64,000 nucleotides of DNA from a bacterium (GTDB lineage: Bacteria; Patescibacteriota; Minisyncoccia; Phycocordibacterales; UBA918), in NCBI GenBank assembly GCA_043719295.1, contig JAYSUD010000001.1, positions 28,943 to 92,942 on the forward strand. Reading direction: 5' to 3'. Below, in pieces: positions 60,278 through 64,000 of the stretch. The position numbers and the translations under genes were made by a program. Each line of letters begins with the position of its first letter. Within the stretch, counting starts at the first letter, position 1. Under the pieces are notes generated by a model that saw only the letters and a list, made by a program, of their open reading frames with translations, was not told where the DNA came from and did not search any database.

Positions 60278-61348
60278 ATGAAAAAACAAAATTTTTTCTA
60301 TGCGTTAGTAAGTGTGTGCTGTATTTTTGTCGTTCTCTTTCCTCTGTTTCTTCATAATGGACATATTGAACAAGTGGAAGGAGAAGAAAGTTTGGCTCAT
60401 AGCAAATCACTTGTCCAAAAGTTGCTAGCAACTGATACAAAAGACACTAAAACCGGAATCGCGTTTACAGGTGACATAATGCTTGCTCGCAATGTTGAAA
60501 ACCTTATGACCGCATATGGGTCTTCGTACCCCTTGTTAGGACTTCAAAAACACAGTGACGATATGTATCTTGTTGGAAATTTTGAATCTGCAATTCCTGT
60601 AACGCATGCGCACACTCCAAGTATGGGATTTTCATTTTCAACAAAAAAAGAAAATCTTGAAGGATTGAAGCAATATGGATTTACACACATGGGAGTTGCA
60701 AACAATCATTCATATGATTTCGGACAAGATGACTTCTTGCATACAAAAAAAATACTTGAAGAGTCGGAATTGCATCCCTTTGGAGATCAGCGAAACTTAG
60801 CTTCAAGTACAGTACAGTTTGTAGAGGTTGAGGGAGAGACCGTTGCACTTGTGGGGGTATTTGCCGTTGATGTTGGACCTACTAAAGCTGATATTTCAAA
60901 ACTTTTTAAAAAAATCGAGACTAAAAGTACACTTCAAGTAGCATACGTACACTTTGGTACAGAATATAAGGCAACTCATTCGTATTTCCAAGAAAATCTC
61001 GCACACACACTTATTGACGCAGGGGCTGATGTGGTTATAGGGCACCATCCTCACGTTGTTCAAGATATTGAAATATACAAAAATAAAGTAATTTTCTATT
61101 CACTTGGTAACTTTATTTTTGATCAATACTTTAGTAAAGAAGTGCAAGAAGGCCTTGTTGTTGAAATGCGTGTAGAGCAAGATGATCTTGTGTTTACCCT
61201 TAAACCGGTTACGAGTATCGGTTCAAGAAGTATGCCCCGTTTTATGGCGCCGTACGAAAGAGACACATTTCTTTCTGAACTTGCAAAGAAAAGTGATACA
61301 GGGCTTGGTGTAATGATAGAAGAGGGAGTTCTACGTACAATACAGTAA
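60278..61348 (+). CDS. capA: CapA/PGA_cap family metallophosphatase-like protein (poly-gamma-glutamate capsule synthesis CapA-like)
   Basis: N-terminal TM; motifs FTGDIMLAR, GNFESAI, VANNHSYDFG, HFGTEY, GHHPHVVQ, YSLGNFIFDQ, characteristic of the CapA family. Confidence 0.8.
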   Translation: MKKQNFFYALVSVCCIFVVLFPLFLHNGHIEQVEGEESLAHSKSLVQKLLATDTKDTKTGIAFTGDIMLARNVENLMTAYGSSYPLLGLQKHSDDMYLVGNFESAIPVTHAHTPSMGFSFSTKKENLEGLKQYGFTHMGVANNHSYDFGQDDFLHTKKILEESELHPFGDQRNLASSTVQFVEVEGETVALVGVFAVDVGPTKADISKLFKKIETKSTLQVAYVHFGTEYKATHSYFQENLAHTLIDAGADVVIGHHPHVVQDIEIYKNKVIFYSLGNFIFDQYFSKEVQEGLVVEMRVEQDDLVFTLKPVTSIGSRSMPRFMAPYERDTFLSELAKKSDTGLGVMIEEGVLRTIQ

Positions 61349-61399
61349 CGCATATACTTGCATTTAGCCGATACATGCGTATTATTTTGGTATTAAACT

Positions 61400-61942
61400 T
61401 TGAGTATGATAAACAAATTTGAGATAATTGGCGTGTTCGCATGTGTAGGGACAATGGCGTTGGCACTTTTTCTTCTGCAACACAACACAAATGGCAGTAT
61501 TCTTTCTTCAGTAACAGCTGATAGCCAAATGGCAACCGTAGTTGCTGTAGATGCCAATACAAAAAATACCGACAATTTAGAAAAAACTATTAAAAATTCA
61601 ATTGATATGAAAGGTAATGTAGACGAACTTATACGTGACGATGTGGTTATTGGAAAAGGAAGCGAAGTGAAAGAAGGTGACACGGTATCAGTACACTACA
61701 TAGGAACATTACAAGACGGACAAGAGTTTGATAACTCAAACAAACGAGGTGCACCGTTTGAATTTACCGTAGGTGAAGGAAGAGTGATTAAAGGATGGGA
61801 TCAAGGAGTAATAGGAATGAAAGAAGGAGGTACACGGATTTTAGTTATACCTGCAAGTTTGGCGTATGGAGCAAATGCAATTGGACCTATCCCCGCACAG
61901 TCTACGTTAGTATTTTCTATAGAGTTACTTGTAATAAAATAA
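61400..61942 (+). CDS. FKBP-type peptidyl-prolyl cis-trans isomerase, membrane anchored
   Basis: N-terminal TM; VKEGDTVSVHYIGTLQDGQEFDNSNKRGAPFEFTVGEGRVIKGWDQGVIGMKEGGTRILVIPASLAYG classic FKBP domain. Confidence 0.85.
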   Translation: MSMINKFEIIGVFACVGTMALALFLLQHNTNGSILSSVTADSQMATVVAVDANTKNTDNLEKTIKNSIDMKGNVDELIRDDVVIGKGSEVKEGDTVSVHYIGTLQDGQEFDNSNKRGAPFEFTVGEGRVIKGWDQGVIGMKEGGTRILVIPASLAYGANAIGPIPAQSTLVFSIELLVIK

Positions 61943-61954
61943 CGCTCGGCTAGA

Positions 61955-62095
61955 TATCACCTCGTCTGCTTTGTCGCACTGCAGAAATTTTCCTCATCGT
62001 ACTACAACGTACGCCTCGTAAAATTGCTTTGTGCTTCGCGCACCCAAGGCAATCTCTAACCAAGCTACGTTGCTCTGTAATTTTGTAGACTTCAA
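61955..62095 (+). repeat. Family-2 element (copy R4)
   Basis: Core CACCTCGTCTGCTTTGTCGCACTGCAGAAATTTTCCTCATCGTACTACAACGTACGCCTCGTAAAATTGCTTTGTGCTTCGCGCACC. Confidence 0.5.
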
Positions 62096-62121
62096 AGTTG
62101 GTTATTTTATAAAATATTTCT

Positions 62122-63369
62122 ATGTCCTTCAAACCAGTAACATTTGAAATTGAAAAAAAGGTAAAAAACACACTTGCGCGAGCTGGTGTTATTCATACGC
62201 TCCATGGTGACATAGAAACACCTGCCTTTGTCGTTGTTGGTACAAAAGCAAGTGTAAAAAGTTTGATGCCAGAAGACTTAACACAATACGTTGGTAATCA
62301 AGTAACACTTGCCAATACATATCACCTTTTTCTACAGCCAGGTCACGAGGTTATTAAAGCTGCAGGAGGTCTCCACGCGTTTACAAACTGGCAAATGCCA
62401 ACCATGACTGACTCAGGCGGATTTCAAGTTTTTTCGCTTGGGGCTGCATTTGGTAAAGGAGTGACAAAGTTTGCTAAAGGTGAGGAAGGCGGGGAAGTTG
62501 AACTACCATCGCGCGCTGCATTAAATGTATACAGTGCGAAGTTTGCAAAAGACCATGGGAAGCTTTGTGTGATTGACGAAGAAGGAGTTACCTTTACCTC
62601 ACATCTTGATGGGTCAATGCATCGCTTTACCGCAGAACGTTCAATTGAGATTCAACATGCAATTGGAGCTGACATTATTGTGGCGTTTGACGAGTGTACG
62701 TCACCAACAGCAGAATACGAATACCAAAAAGAAGCCATGGACAGAACACACCGTTGGGCAAAACGTTCAATCATGGCACATAAACAAAATTACGAAGCAC
62801 TAAAGAAACAAGGTTTGTATGGAGTAATTCAAGGTGGACGATACTTAGACTTGCGAAAAGAAAGTGCAACAGCATTAGGCGATATGGATTTTGATGGGTA
62901 TGCAATTGGCGGTTCATTTTCAAAAGAAGATTTAGGAGAGTCACTTAAGGTTGTAAACGAGCTCCTTACTGAAGAAAAGCCTCGACACCTACTTGGTATT
63001 GGTGAACCAGAAGACATTGTGCAAGGGGTGCTCCAAGGTTGTGACACGTTTGATTGTGTTGCACCAACACGAATTGGAAGAACAGGAACAATCTACGTGA
63101 AAACAGGGAATATGATAACAACACCCTGTGGCACATTTACGTATCCTGAAACAAAAAAAATCAACTTGATGAATGAAAAGTATAAAACAGACCATAGCCC
63201 CCTTGATCCTCTAAGTGATGGATACATTGCTAAAACTTACACTAAAGCGTACGTAGCCCATCTATTCCGCGCCGGAGAGATTCAAGGCCCGCACCTTGCC
63301 TCAATCCACAACCTCAATTTTATAGTGAATTTTACTAAGGATTTGCGAGAGCAGATATTGACAAATTAG
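62122..63369 (+). CDS. tgt: tRNA-guanine transglycosylase (queuine tRNA-ribosyltransferase) homolog; catalytic motifs present, canonical Zn-binding CxCxxC absent
   Basis: PAFVVVGTKASVK, NTYHLFLQPG, MTDSGGFQVFSL, GADIIVAFDECT, GYAIGGS, LLGIGEPEDIVQG, APTRIGRTG, KYKTDHSPLDP align with E. coli Tgt; the region aligning to [10 protein letters not shown] reads LSDGYIAKTY. Confidence 0.8.
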   Translation: MSFKPVTFEIEKKVKNTLARAGVIHTLHGDIETPAFVVVGTKASVKSLMPEDLTQYVGNQVTLANTYHLFLQPGHEVIKAAGGLHAFTNWQMPTMTDSGGFQVFSLGAAFGKGVTKFAKGEEGGEVELPSRAALNVYSAKFAKDHGKLCVIDEEGVTFTSHLDGSMHRFTAERSIEIQHAIGADIIVAFDECTSPTAEYEYQKEAMDRTHRWAKRSIMAHKQNYEALKKQGLYGVIQGGRYLDLRKESATALGDMDFDGYAIGGSFSKEDLGESLKVVNELLTEEKPRHLLGIGEPEDIVQGVLQGCDTFDCVAPTRIGRTGTIYVKTGNMITTPCGTFTYPETKKINLMNEKYKTDHSPLDPLSDGYIAKTYTKAYVAHLFRAGEIQGPHLASIHNLNFIVNFTKDLREQILTN

Positions 63370-63442
63370 GACACTTTTAAATCCCATTGTATTATTAGTA
63401 CAAACACATTGATTCTGATGTGTTTTATTGGAGGAAAGCTGG

Positions 63443-63592
63443 ATGTTTGATTTCAATGGGTTCTTGGGGGTTGTTTGTGCAGTGGCAGCAATCAGCGTCA
63501 GTATTGATGCTGAAAAAAAGCCCACATGGCTGAATGGGCTCGCAATCATTACACTGTTGGCAATAGGGGGTTATCTGGTTTTTGGTTTATGA
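63443..63592 (+). CDS. Possible small (49 aa) single-TM membrane protein (not in ORF track)
   Basis: Strong RBS GGAGGA 7 nt upstream of ATG; hydrophobic peptide MFDFNGFLGVVCAVAAISVSIDAEKKPTWLNGLAIITLLAIGGYLVFGL; followed by a strong terminator. Confidence 0.35.
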   Translation: MFDFNGFLGVVCAVAAISVSIDAEKKPTWLNGLAIITLLAIGGYLVFGL

Positions 63593-63607
63593 TCTTTGCA
63601 TAGGTTC

Positions 63608-63647
63608 GGTACAGGGCGTTGATTCGCCCCGTACCGCGCTTTTTTTA
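63608..63647 (+). terminator. Rho-independent terminator
   Basis: GGTACAGGGCG-TTGATTC-GCCCCGTACC hairpin followed by GCGCTTTTTTTAT. Confidence 0.75.
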
Positions 63648-63676
63648 TATTAAATTTGAAGGTATACTCAAACTCT

Positions 63677-64000
63677 GTGAAATTTGAAATCTCAACTGAA
63701 AAAACTCCGGCGGGAGACCAACCGAAGGCGATTGAAAAATTGCTTAAGGGGATTAATGCGGGAATGCAGCATCAGACGCTTCTTGGTGTTACGGGGTCTG
63801 GAAAAACCTTTACTGCGGCCAACATCATTCAAGCGGTTCAAAAGCCGACGCTTGTAATTGCGCATAACAAAACGCTTGCGGCGCAACTCGCGCAAGAGTA
63901 CAAAGATTTTTTTCCTTTAAACGAAGTGCATTACTTTGTCTCGTATTACGACTACTACCAACCTGAGGCGTACATGTCGGCGTCTGACACGTACATTGAA
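63677..64000 (+). CDS. uvrB: Excinuclease ABC subunit B, 5' partial (runs off window end)
   Basis: Translation [108 protein letters not shown] matches the E. coli UvrB N-terminus (…[89 protein letters not shown]…). Start codon uncertain (GTG 63677 or TTG 63656). Confidence 0.85.
   Translation, partial: MKFEISTEKTPAGDQPKAIEKLLKGINAGMQHQTLLGVTGSGKTFTAANIIQAVQKPTLVIAHNKTLAAQLAQEYKDFFPLNEVHYFVSYYDYYQPEAYMSASDTYIE

Overview
This window is a low-GC (~40-45%) bacterial region. Its small genome style, many novel secreted giant proteins and monoderm-type surface modules suggest an uncultivated or candidate-phylum lineage. Most genes are on the + strand, and about 85% of the window is a cell-surface protein island.

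Layout, from the 5' end:
- umuD and umuC (SOS mutagenesis) are split by an IS200-like REP-associated tyrosine transposase (RAYT) on the opposite strand, with its REP hairpins.
- Next come surface cassettes: a secreted protein with a WxL-like C-terminal domain, followed by a membrane-anchored CscA/DUF916-like protein. This pairing recurs three times.
- Two membrane-anchored SUMF1/FGE-domain paralogs follow.
- There are three dockerin-bearing proteins. One has a Myxococcus-type Cys-rich repeat; one is a cohesin+dockerin adaptor.
- Three cohesin-like proteins each have a C-terminal transmembrane (TM) anchor.
- A 5576-aa giant adhesin holds beta-helix super-repeats, FN3, phage tail-collar HxH, DUF2341 and lectin modules. 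A 2063-aa adhesin has internal duplications.
- A MacB-type ABC ATPase and permease pair, an FN3 protein and an Hsp20 sit among these.
- A YerC/TrpR-like regulator is bracketed by identical 20-bp palindromes.
- At the 3' end are housekeeping genes: a TlpA-like protein, an AI-2E transporter, CapA, FKBP, tgt, and the uvrB 5' end.

Intergenic space is packed with families of long palindromic elements. Their stems differ in sequence between copies but keep complementarity (covariation).

The candidate novel system is a non-cellulosomal cohesin-dockerin plus WxL/CscA-like surface-display supercluster, with its associated structured repeats. All calls are from sequence inspection alone (motifs, architecture); no database searches were run.
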